Positions 48,668 to 60,366 of a DNA stretch of 64,000 nucleotides are shown here, piece by piece. This DNA is from Basidiobolus meristosporus CBS 931.73 (taxonomy: Eukaryota; Fungi; Basidiobolomycota): assembly GCA_002104905.1 (NCBI GenBank), contig MCFE01000043.1:137236-201235 (forward strand). The letters are read 5' to 3'. A program made the translations under genes and the position numbers. Every line of letters starts with the position of its first letter. Within the stretch, counting starts at the first letter, position 1. The notes beneath the pieces are model-generated. The model saw only the letters and a list, made by a program, of their open reading frames with translations, was not told the origin of the DNA and did no database searches.

Positions 48668-48668
48668 C

Positions 48669-49185
48669 AAACACAGAAGAGCTGAGGACATACATCAGGT
48701 ACTCAATACCCAGGGCACTCTGAATCTAGCTCCTGTGGCTTGTAACATGTCACAAAAATGCATGGCACTATCTTGGTCCACTGGTATTATCTGGCACTAT
48801 ATGTGCTTTGTATAGATCTTACTTTAGGGCTAAGAATTATATATAGTGCCAGATAATACCAGTGGACCAAGATAGTGCCATGCATTTTTGTGACATGTTA
48901 CAAGCCACAGGAGCTAGATTCAGAGTGCCATGGGTATTGATCACCTGACACATGTCTTCAGTTCTTCTATGCTCTTACACATCCTGCACTACATTGACCA
49001 AAAAAAAAGGTCAGAAAATTGATTTTCTCCAACACAATGGGTGAAACACAGGGGTGGCTTTGCATAAAGATGCAGAGCTATGTTTCACACTCTGTGGCCA
49101 AGTATAGGTTCACCTATCCTCCCTGGCACACTATGGCATCATTTGGCACTCATGGCTCAATGTGGTACTATCCAACAGAACAAAT
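48669..49185. repeat. Foldback element with an 88-bp perfect inverted repeat (48715-48802 / 48841-48928, 38-bp spacer)
   Basis: Arms checked by eye as exact reverse complements, extending outward with mismatches. Same family as 2946-4055. Confidence 0.9.
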
Positions 49186-49189
49186 CAAT

Positions 49190-50600
49190 TTACTCAAGTG
49201 GCCTTTTGAAGCCATTTCTACTAAAAGTACATTGGAAGCATTGGGAGCCATATGTGGACACTGTACAAATACTTATCCAGAAGCAGATCCACAATGCCAA
49301 CTTGATGCATCTAGAGCCTTTGTGCAAAGAGTTTATGATGGGATTTGAGCAGCTATACTACAAGCATAAAGCTGAATGTGTAGATATCTATTACTACTAG
49401 TTCCATTTCCTACTTCATCTTGCTTGGTGTGTTGAAAATAATAACCTTGCTTCACCTTTTGAGAGTTTCCAATCAAGCAGATGTGTAGTGACATGGGAAG
49501 ACAAGTCAAGTTGCAGGCACTACCCTATCCCAATTTTGTAAAAGAATGTTACCTTCAAGCCCATCATGGATGTGATGAGTTGGCAAATGGAGGACAGCCA
49601 CAAAGAGTTGGAAAATACTGAGGACAGATGTACACATGGAGACACCTATGCCTATGGCTTTAAGAAGCTAAGTGGCACCTATGCATGGGTACTCAGTTAA
49701 TAATCAAAATTGGGTTGGGTGCAACAAGCAACTAGTTTTCATTTGGAAACTCTACTAAGGTGTGTCTGATTTCTCTTGGTCACAAGCCAACTTCTACACC
49801 ATTGAATACCATAGCCACACAAGCAAGAGCCTGAATGTACCTATAAGGGGGACTAGAATCCAGCTGGGAGAAGGAATCTATTGGTCAAGTACCAAGAAGT
49901 TCCTTGCAGATATTAAGGAGGTATTCATAGCAGAAGTGGCTTCAACTAAAAATATGATTGAAAGATGTTTATATTGTTGCAAGTCTTGGTATAAGAGTTG
50001 TAGAGGAATAGGGAGTTTAGCTAGTATTGTATTCACTAAAACTTGAACTGATTTTTATTGAGGTTCCAGCAGCTTCTTATTTACATTTTGCCAGATCATT
50101 TGCTGACTAATTGTATTTCCTAATGTAGGCTGTGGCTGATGACTCATTTGATTGCATCATCATCACCCAATTAGATCCTACTTAATATAACTATATCTGT
50201 CTGATAAGGATCTGCTAGTTCATCTGCTGACCAATACTACTGATTTGATTGATAACACTGATGTACTGATAGGCTAAGCATAAAACTAATTGATTTGACT
50301 AAAAACTGATCTAACTTAAACATTCAAGTAGTAGATCATAACAATATTACCCGCAACACAAGGTATATGGCAATTTTGCACACATCACACCACAAAGTTG
50401 CAGAGTTGAGGTGATAGAAGTATGTCAGTTGTAGTAGGTATGTGTGTTTGTAGAGGTTAGAAAGCAGGAGGCCATAGTATTGTTTGATTTAATCTAAATG
50501 TGAAATACCCAAGGTAGTAGTGGGTAAGCAAATAAACAGGGGCAACTCTAAAGTGGAATATGGAGTGAGCAAGGGTAGGTAGAAAAAGGAAATACAATTT
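49190..50600 (+). mobile_element. CACTA transposase C-terminal relic
   Basis: LKPFLLKVHWKHWE and GFEQLYYKH. Colinear with 2780-2920 and 4700-5650. Confidence 0.6.
49975..50343 (-). mobile_element. Solo LTR, family 2 (Gypsy-associated), 4-bp TSD ATAT
   Basis: Reverse complement of 55265-55630 and 60367-60734. ATAT on both sides. Removing it restores colinearity with about 5340-5420. Confidence 0.75.
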
Positions 50601-51259
50601 TGATAATTGATATGGTGGCATTATGTATGACTAGGTGTAGGCCACCATACTGCTGTGATAACGCCATCAGAGGTTGCAAAGAGGCTGTCAAAGCACTATT
50701 AAGTTTTGCGTCTTGTAAAGAACTACATTTTCTCCTTGATAAATTCTGCTTTGACGCATCTGTTTTGGCCTGGTTGTCCCTTGCCGGCACTTTTCTGCAA
50801 CCTGATGTTTCTTTCTTGCTTGTTTTGAGCTCTGAACCATAGTTGTGACAGACTCCTGTAAAAGCTGCTGATTTTTATCACTGCCAGCTCCTTCACTGCT
50901 ACTTTGACTAAGTACTTCTAGAGTGGTACTATGCTTTTTCCTCAATAAATGTTATGCTGATGGATCTATGTCTGCCTGCTTGTCCCTAATTGGCATTCTT
51001 CCAGCTACCTGATGTTAACACTTTTCTGGAGCTTCCAGCCCTGCTTGTGATGGGCTCTTGAGAAAGCCATTGGTTTTTAACCATGGCACTCTTATTCTTC
51101 TGCCTTTGATGGTTTCTGCCATTCTTAAGATACTGTCTTGGCATACCAATGCTGGCACAAACTCCATTTGCCTATTTGGATCCAGGATAATGCTCAGGGA
51201 ACAAGTCAAGTGCAGTCTGCTTGGCCTCAAGCTCCTGATGGTCCTATGGTATAGTGGCC

Positions 51260-54110
51260 TGTTAGTGATGGTAAAACACCACATTGTCTCCCTCACACAT
51301 TGTGATAAATATTTCAGTGGGCTTTATCTTAGGACACTGTTGTTGTGCTTCAAAGACTGTACAGTGTTCCTCCGCTGTTAGATTGGGAAATAGCTCAATT
51401 CTTGGCTGTGACATTGAGCTACTTGAGTTCCTTCCTTGCAGCAAAAATGCTGCTTTCTCTACCTGTGATATTGATTGCTCTACATGTATTTTCTACTCAT
51501 TCTGTTTCTGCACTATTTCTGGATATTTCTGGTCCATTGCATCTATCCTATCAGCCACTGCCCCTAATTGCTTCATTAATGCTTTGGTATGAGCTGACAA
51601 CACACTTGCCAATATGGATGGTGGCAATGTTATAACAGCTACTTGCTGGTCTTCAGGTGAGGGTACTGCATTTGCTACATTCTCATCTTCCTGAGCATAT
51701 TGGTTGGCATGTGGCTCTGCAGAGGTTCCGTTGCAATTTAAGAAGTGATCTAGATATAAGGAACTTATCAAGACATAGTGATCATAGTTGAATTGTTGTT
51801 TATTCATAAAGAGGAAAAATACTTACACCTTTGTGGAAGTGACACAGTTGTAACACTAGGTAAGTAGGGTTTCTCAACATTCAGGAGCATTCTGTAACAG
51901 TGTCAGGGTTAGTACATACTGTTAGGTAAAAAGTGTTAATTTGATCTTTGCTATAGCAAAATAGTCATAGGATCATAGATGTGAAGAAACCAGCAAAGTT
52001 AGGGCTGCAAATTAGTTCTACAGTGACCAAGACTAGTCTAGTATTGTTAAGTAAATTTTTAGCTGCTGAATGATAACTAATAGTCCAATATCTCAACTGG
52101 TTCTCAATTGCTTACTTGACTGAGAGCTTGAGGAGTATGCATTATTACCTTCAGTGGACACACTTTTAACATTGTCTTTTTTGAATGTAGCCCTGCTTGT
52201 TGCACTGATTGTCAAAGCACGCTGTTTTCCAAGCATTTTTCTGTGGCTGTCAGCGGTGGAGTTTGGTTGGGAGCCAGACAACTTTGCTTAATTTGTTGGT
52301 GGCATACATATTGAAGTGAGTCAAACCAAAGGGGGAATAGTGTTACATATGCATATGTATGTGGTGCCACAATTTAATTTATAATGCTTAATATGGTAAG
52401 TCATCATATAAATGTACAATAATATAGGTGTAATGTCTCAAATGCAAGACTGTCTTAAATTTGCGTGGGTATTAACAAAAAAGGGATATAATAGCATTAC
52501 TTTGCTTAGGGTCAAACAGCTTGCTCCTGGGACAAGAGTACTTGAATCAATGTTATAAGAGAAGAGAAAAAAGACCATGTGGCTATTGTAGCAGGCCTCT
52601 CAGACACAAAGTACTCAGATAGCATAAGAAGTACTACAAGGATCATGGCCAGTGCTTTGCCACACAAGTCATATTTAATCATTCATTAGTCATGGCTGTA
52701 CTAACATTATATTGTAAGCCAGTTGATACTTCTATATCAGCACCTGGCCATCTTTGTCACCTTATGCAAACTGAGTCAGGTGAGTTCGTGACACCTTTAG
52801 GCTCACCTCTGACTTCTGAATATGGCACACAGAGTGATAGCTCCAACAAAGAAGGTTTCACAGATGGATTATGAGCCTATCTCCCCTGACAACAATACCA
52901 CACATGAGCCTGGTCAAGTCCCAATATGCAATGAGACAACACCTGTTGAAACAAATGCCAAGAATACTTTATGGAGCCAAGTGAGCCCAGTAATGCATCT
53001 ACTTGTGAATGATGTAATGTTGTGGCTAGAGAGGTGGTGCATTTTCATCAATATTAGTAATGGGGGCTTTGAGCATTTATTACTACTTTTTGCCAAAATC
53101 ATTTTGGGGTGCAACTTACCATGTACATAGTACAAGTGGACAACCATCATGCTGCTGGTACCATATGACCCAGAGACTGTTCTGATTTGAGCATATGTTA
53201 AAAGTTGCATGGCGTTCACATCCAAATATGCTACCATTGGAGTGTGTCCAAATTGTCAGGAGTCCATCAATATTGAGGGAAAACATTGCTCACACTCCGT
53301 TGTATTCCAATAATACCCCATCTCCAGAAGCTAATGTAGTCCAACAAATATTGTGAAACTACAAAGTACTGCACTCAGCATTAATCAGGCACACACAGAT
53401 TGGATATACTTGATGCCAGACATTACAAACAGCTAGGAAGCAAGGGCTACTTTGAAGATATATATGACCATGCCTTTGCCTTAGTGCCTGATGGAGCCTC
53501 ATTAAGCAAGTAATCTGTTAGCAAATTCTGCTGGCCACAGATTCCAATCAACCTGAATCTGCCACCCATCTTACAGTATCAGAGCAAGAATCTGATGGTA
53601 GTCTCACTGGACCTGGGCCTAAATCACCATCCAACCTGGATAGCTACATGTACCCATTGCTGGAAGAGTGTTTCATGCATTTAGTACAATAACATTAAAT
53701 GGCACTTGTGTAAAAGTTCATATTATTATCTGCATTGGGGATACCCCATCCATCAGCAAGATAGCAGGTTTTCTGGGCACAATGAACAGTATTGCTGTCA
53801 AATGTGTGAGATCCAGGGGATTTACTCCATAACTCACACAAATTATTATTACCCATACACCAGCTCTAAGAGCATTATCTTCCCACAGAGAATGTACAGA
53901 AGTCAGCGTGCAATTGCAGCAAAGTAAGCAAGCTATGGGCCATTGGCCAGAATATGTAATCAAATGCAAACCAGAGATACTCAAGATTGAGGGTATGTGT
54001 TGGAGCAAAAGCTTTCAACTGTGGGCAATGCATTTGCTGTTCAATAATATCCCTATACTTATGACCAAGTTATACATGGGACATTTCAAGTTAAATGAGC
54101 CCTTCAAGTT
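51260..54110. mobile_element. CACTA-family relic homologous to window positions 1-2650
   Basis: ORF 51345-51635 matches ORF 11-244, ORF 52822-53130 matches ORF 388-852, and 53400-54110 matches about 1960-2650. Confidence 0.65.
51729..52098 (-). mobile_element. Solo LTR, family 3, TSD GGTTC
   Basis: Reverse complement of 56859-57217. GGTTC at 51724-51728 and 52099-52103. Termini slightly decayed. Confidence 0.75.
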
Positions 54111-54719
54111 GTTATGATCTGCCACATGAATGTTTAAGTTAGGTCAGTTTTTAGTCAAATCAATTAGTATATGTTTAGGTTATCAGTATAACAGTATTAT
54201 CTATGAAATCAGTAGCATTAGTCAGCAAACAAATCAGCAGATCTTTATCAAACAGAAATAGATATATTAAGTAGGATCTTATTGGGTGATGATGATGCAA
54301 TCAAATGAGTCATCAGCCACAACCTTCATTAAGAAATACAATTAGTCAGCAATTGATCTGGCAAAATGTATATAGCATTTTGGATAGTATTGATCATGTG
54401 AGACAAAAATATGGGTAGTAGACAACAAAGAAGGAACTCAAATAACTCAATGCCACAGCCATTTATTTAGCCATTTCTCAATGTGATGGCAGATGAACAC
54501 TGCACAGTCTTTGAAGCAAAATAACAATGACCAAAGATAAAGCAGTTGAAATATTGGGCTACTTGGTATCAATTGGCAGCTAAAAGTTTACTTAGCAATT
54601 CTGAACCAGTCTTGGTTCTTGCAGAACTAACTTACAGCCCCAATCTTGCCACTTTCTTCAGATCCATGATTTTATGATTATTCACCTACTTTCATCAGTA
54701 TTAAGCTAGCTTTATTTAA

Positions 54720-55221
54720 AAAGACAGTCCTCAACACAAGAAAGAAGCAAGAGGATGACATGCTACAACTCATTACCAGAATGGAGAAGCATACAGAAGA
54801 ACTTAACAATAATAATGCTAGCCTAGATGATGAAGAAAAGAAACTCTGCCTGCTTTGCAGCTTACCTGGCAAATATGAGCCACTCATACTTTGTTTTGAA
54901 ATCAAAGAAGACAATATGGCCCTAGACTATGTCAAAGGAAGGCTCCTCCAGGAAGAAATCACATATAATAATCCAGCAGAGAGAATTGAAGATACTGCTT
55001 TATTCAGCTCAGAAAGGCACAGAAAAAAGAAGGGAAAGCAGCAAAACCAAACTAAATCCGGTAGCTGCAACCACTGTAGGAGGCCAGAACACTGGACAAG
55101 AAAATGCAAGCAACTACAAGAAGACAAAAAACTGAAACAAGAGCAGACAAGCTATATAACTACAGATGAACAGTTATTTGTAACGGATATATATGGGTGT
55201 ACTTCCTCAAACAAAGGATAG
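54720..55221 (+). mobile_element. Copia gag relic
   Basis: LLCSLPGKYEPLI...LDYVKGRLLQEE and the zinc knuckle CNHCRRPEHWTRKC. Confidence 0.7.
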
Positions 55222-55264
55222 AGCTTTAGAGGTATCTTAGCTCATCAAGAACGTGGCAGAAAAC

Positions 55265-58200
55265 GTTTATGATCTACTGCTTGAATGTAAAGTTATATTA
55301 GTTTCTAGTCAATCAATTAGTTTAATATTAATCCTATCAGTAAATCAGTGCTATCTATCAAATCAGTAGTATTAGTCAGCAGATCAATCAGCAGATCCTT
55401 ATCAGACAGAAATAGATATTTTAAGTAAGATGCAATTGGGTGATGATGATGCAATCAAATGATTCATGAGTAACAATCTTCATTTGGAAATACAATTAGT
55501 TAGCAACTGATCTGGCAAAAAGAAAATTTGGAGCTGCTGAAACCTCAAGAAAAAGGAGTTTAAGCTTTGGTTAATACAATACTAGCTGTACTCCCCATTC
55601 CTCTACAACTCCTATATCAAGACTTGTAATGCTGGTATCAGCAAAAACCAGAAACATTCCCCTGAAGATAGAAGTAGCCACCCTCAAGATGTCCAAAAAT
55701 CAAGAATGGAAGAATGCTATGCAAAATCCTAGCCCAACAGCAACATTTATTCCAGATCCTTAGCCAGCAGCAACAAGTAATGACTACTATGGGCCTGGGC
55801 CAGCACTACCCTGGCAACTAGACAGAAATGAGTGATTCAAGACTACATCAATGATTACCAAGGTCCACTTGGAAAAATTGAATGAATGGACTCCCTGGGT
55901 CAGGTTGAATACTTTATTGATGCGTTGACAGAAATAACATCTCAGGAAGTGAATTTTCAAAGACATCAGACTAGTGAAGAAGCCAATGAAAAAAGAAAGG
56001 ACTTTGCTTTAGTTGCCACCAGCAGTGATGTACTGCAATGTACTGCCCTCATAGAAGAAATAGATATGAGTCAACAATAACCTTCAACAATATTGAAGCC
56101 CTCAAGCAAAGTAGCCTGGAAGGAGAACTCAAGAACAATCAGAACTCACCTTTGACATAACAGAAGAATACCCATCCATATGACCTCAAGCTTAGAAAAG
56201 CTATTTTACTTGAATAGAGTAATCAATGGAGTACCTGCCAAGAGCATGATTAACTCAGGAGCACTGCATGATTGTATACCAGAGCAATTTGCCTTGAAAG
56301 CTGCAATTAACTTGGGACCCACCAAAACAACTTCAGTCTCAACAGCTGATGGCAACTCTCACATAATTGACCATATTACTTGGCCAGCAAGAACAATGGT
56401 TAATAACTATGAAGAAGATCTAAAGGCTATAATATTTGTGAACTCCAAGTTTGACTTTGTACTTTGAAAACCTGGCTATTTTGTTGTAAACCATTGGTCA
56501 ACTGGAGAACCAATCCTACTAAGACCCAGAAGAACAACAAGACCTATCAGCTATTACCTGCTAGTCTGGACTTCAACTTGATCAATTCCAGTGTGTGTGA
56601 AACGAGTGACATATAGATCAGTTATTGGATCAAGGATATATCAGACTAAATGAGTCACCTTCCAGGGACCAGTACTCTTTGCATAAAAGCAGGATGGGGC
56701 ATTCAGGATATGCATTGACTACAGAGCCCTCAACTCAGTTGCTGTGAAGAATAAGTACACCATACCTCTGATAAATGGGCTTTTGGACCAACTTAATGGA
56801 GCCGCTATATTGAGCAAGATTGACCTCATTGCAGGATTCAACCAGATTGGGGAAAAACTGTTGAATATTGAACTATTTGGTATCATTCAGCAGCTAAAAA
56901 TTTACTTAACAATTCTAGACTAGTCTTAGTCACTGTAGGACTCATTTACTGCCTTAACTTTGCCACTTTCTCCAGATATATGATCTTATGATTATTCCCC
57001 TATAGTCAGGATCAAATTAGCACTATTACCATACTAACCCTGAAACTGTTACAGAATTCTCCTGAATATTGAGAAACCCTCCCTACTTAGTGTTACAGTT
57101 GTATTACTTCTACAAAGGTATAAATACTGAGCTTCTTTATGAATAAGCAATAGTTCAACTATTATCACTATTTCTTGATAAGTTCCTTATATCCAAATCA
57201 CTTCTTAAATTGCAACAAAAACCAGATGGCATCCTTAGGATGGCATTCAGGACCAGATATAGACATGACAAATATTTAGTCATGAGTTTTGGCCTTACCA
57301 ATGCCCCTGCAACATTCATGACCTTAGTGCAAACAGTCTTCCTGGAGTACTAGACAAGTTAGTGGTAATACACCTAGATAACATATTGATATACAGCAAG
57401 ACAGAAGAGGAGAACTTTGTGCATATTGAAAAGGTCTTGAAAAATCTCAGAGAGAACAAGCTATATGGCAAGCTAGCAAAGCGTGCATTCTTCAAGGAGA
57501 ATTTTGAAAACCTAGGTCACATAGGGACTAGTACAGGAGTGACTTTAGACCCAAAGAAGGTGAAAGTCATCAAGAACATGAAGCAGCCTCATACCATATC
57601 AGAACTTGGATCATTCCATGGAATATTTTCTTATTATTGGAGATTTGTCAAGTTCTTTGCAGGTAGTGCAGAACCTTTAACTTATTCTCCAGAGAGACAA
57701 CACCTTGAAGTAGGACATAGCCTCTGAGACTGCCTTTCCGATCTCCAGAATGAACTTGCCAAGCTGCCAAACTTACGAATCTCAGACTTTGAAAAAGAGC
57801 TTACTCTGTGCACAGATGCTTCACACTATGCAGTTTGTGGAGTATTGAGCCAAGAACAAGAGGAAATGGACCACCAAGTTGCATTTGAGTTCAGGAAATT
57901 GAACTCAGCAGAACAAGACTACATAGTGCATGAGAAGGAGATGCTTAACATAAAATCCTGCTTGAATACCTGGAGATGGAAAATGCTAACTAAGTATGGA
58001 AATGGAGCTGTCAGTAGATGGGATGAGTACATAGACCAAGCACTTTCTGCATGCAGATTTGGAGTACACAACACCACTCAACAATTCCCATTTTACTTAG
58101 TGTATACATGTGAGCCAAGGATTCCAGGGGATCACACACATTGAAAGCTTACAGTCACCTCAGAAGTTGAAATCAGTTAGCATGGAGCAAAGACATCAGC

Positions 58201-58500
58201 AGGCACAGACCAAAGTTTCTCAGAGCTCAGAAAAGATGAAGCACAGATTTGATAAGATTATATCACCAGAAGTATTAACAGTGTGGAACTATGTGTTGCT
58301 GAGAAATAACACTTGGAAGAGGTTTGAGCCAAAATGAACAGGACCTTTCAGGCTCATCAGAGAATGCACATTTGCAACTTACCAATGGGTGGACAAACAA
58401 GGGAATGTCTGGAAAATTTAGTTCATACCGGCAGACTCAAGCTTGCATGACTTGCAGACAATACAGAATAAGCAAATCATGCAATAGTGGAGATGGGATG
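55265..58500 (+). mobile_element. Degenerate Gypsy element (family-2 5' LTR, pro, RT, RNaseH, int fragments)
   Basis: LTR about 55265-55630 followed by tggtatcagc. Protease-like INGVPAKSMINSGA. RT SKIDL...[10 protein letters not shown]...HLDNILIYSK. RNaseH VAFEFRKLNSAEQDYIVHEKE. Confidence 0.75.
56859..57217 (+). mobile_element. Solo LTR, family 3, nested in the Gypsy RT, TSD AAAAC
   Basis: tgttgaat...ttgcaaca. AAAAC at 56854-56858 and 57218-57222. Confidence 0.85.
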
Positions 58501-58509
58501 ATAACCTCT

Positions 58510-59770
58510 ATGTACTAGCCTTGAAACTATTACAGAATGCTCCTGAGTGTTGAGAAGCTCTCCTAACTTCCTGTTACAGCTCTGCTACTTCTGCAAAGGT
58601 ATGAATCCTGAGCTTCCTTACAAATAAAAAACAGCTCAACAACTATCCCTATTACCCAATAAGTTTCTTAAATCCAAAACACTCCTTAATTGCAACAGTT
58701 AATGAGCATTAGTTGCCTTACACTATTCTAAGAATGACATGTACTAGCAAGCAGAATAATACAAACATCTTCCCTGTAATGGAGCAGCTCAATGGAAAGA
58801 ACTACAGACTTTGAATAGTCAAGAAGCAAATCCGTATTGAAGAAAGAAAGCTGTGGAGTATAGAAACAGAAAAAGAAGTTGAGCCTAAAGGAACAGCAGA
58901 AGAAGTGGAGAAGTTTCAAGAGGGGGAGAGAAAAGCCTTTGATGCCATATGCATCAATGTGCAAGATTCCTTCCATGGACAAACTCATGCTTCAAATACT
59001 GCCCAAGCACCATGGGAATCCTTGGAGAAGATCTTAAGAGCAAAGTCAGTATCAAACATGCTTCATTAAAAACAAAAAGTTCTACAACATGGGGAAGAAG
59101 GCAGGTGCTGTCATACAATAACACATTACCAGAGTGAAGATGCTTGTAGAAGAACTTTTCAGTATTGATGCTGGTGTAGAAGATTAAGAAAAGTTTCTCT
59201 GTGTGCTTTGCTGCTTACCACACAAGTATGGGCAACTCCTGTTGTGTTTTGAAAGCAGTGAAGACAATCTGACTCTAGACTATATCAAAGGAAAACTAAA
59301 GAAGACCTGGTTGCTGCAGCTACTGGAAGCAGCTAGGACACTAGGCAAGAGAATGCAAGAAGAAACAAGCAGGCAAAAAGCAGAACCAGAGCAGGAAACC
59401 ATATAACTACCAATGAACAGTTATTTGTAACTGTACAACAGAGTGCAAGTTACCAAAGTAATGAGTGGCATGGACTCAGGGGTATTGCAAAATATTTGCG
59501 GTATAAAGGACTTGCAGATGTCTTCACATCCATATACTGAAGCGGCTGTTGGTGTAGTAGGTCAATTTTTGTAAAATTATGGATCAGATCAAGTTTCAGC
59601 AGTTAAGTGCATTTTGGGATATCTACCAGGTACCAAAAATGTGGTAATGAACTACTCTGGAGCAGCTTATAGGCAAAATTCTGTTAGTTAAAGTGATTCA
59701 GATTGGGGCAGGGATCTGATTGACAGACACTCTACCACTAGGTATGTATTTCTTTATGCTGGTGCACCTA
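58510..59770 (+). mobile_element. Internally deleted Copia relic with a family-3 LTR 3' part
   Basis: LTR end ...attgcaaca at about 58698, followed by PBS-like gttaatgagc. Gag relic MEQLNGKNYRL. RT/RNaseH-end relic at about 59580-59770. Confidence 0.6.
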
Positions 59771-60366
59771 TCAGACTAGTATTAGGCCACAGAGTGTGAA
59801 ACATTGCTTTGCATTTTCATGCATAGCAACTTGGTGTTTTTCCCTCAGTGCTAGAGAAAGTCCAATTGCTGATCTGTTTTAGTGATTAAAGTTAAATATG
59901 ACGTGTAAAAGTGCATAAGGGCTGGCGTCATAAGTTTAGTGTTCAGTTCCTGCTGCACTCTGAACCAAGCTGCATAGGTCTGTAACTTGATCTCAAAAAA
60001 TGGTCAAAAATTGGACTTTCTCCAGCTCAATGGATGAGACACCAGGGCTTCTAGGCATGAAGATGTAAGAATATGTGTACCCTCTGTGGCCAAGTATAGG
60101 TCTGCAATGTTTCTGTGGCACACTGTGGCATTATTTAGCATTCATGACTCAATTTGGCAATGTGACTTTACCTAACAGAACCAGTTCAACTTTCCAAAAC
60201 CAAATGGTCTATGTACTCATACCATGTACTCAAAGTTCCATTTGCATACCTCACCAGAGATTTCCAAATTCTCTATTCAACCACTCATTGACTTCATTAG
60301 TCCTAAGGCAATACGCCAAAGTTGTCAAATGTTTGGTTTACTGCACTACCAGTCAAGATATTGGTG

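Larger units (their letters stand above)
40956..48668. repeat. Tandem tRNA-gene array, unit 5,225 bp (one full unit plus about 2.5 kb of the next)
   Basis: Offsets between homologous genes are Phe 41177/46402, Asn 41488/46713, Tyr 41783/47008, Leu 41969/47194, all 5,225. The offset is 5,175 after small deletions in copy 2. Confidence 0.95.

Noticed and set aside
40956-48668. CRISPR-like or prokaryotic/organellar tRNA operon
   Set aside because: No repeat-spacer structure. Genes lie on both strands, lack encoded CCA, and have eukaryotic features (I34 anticodons, A54 in Met-i and Ala, Tyr intron).
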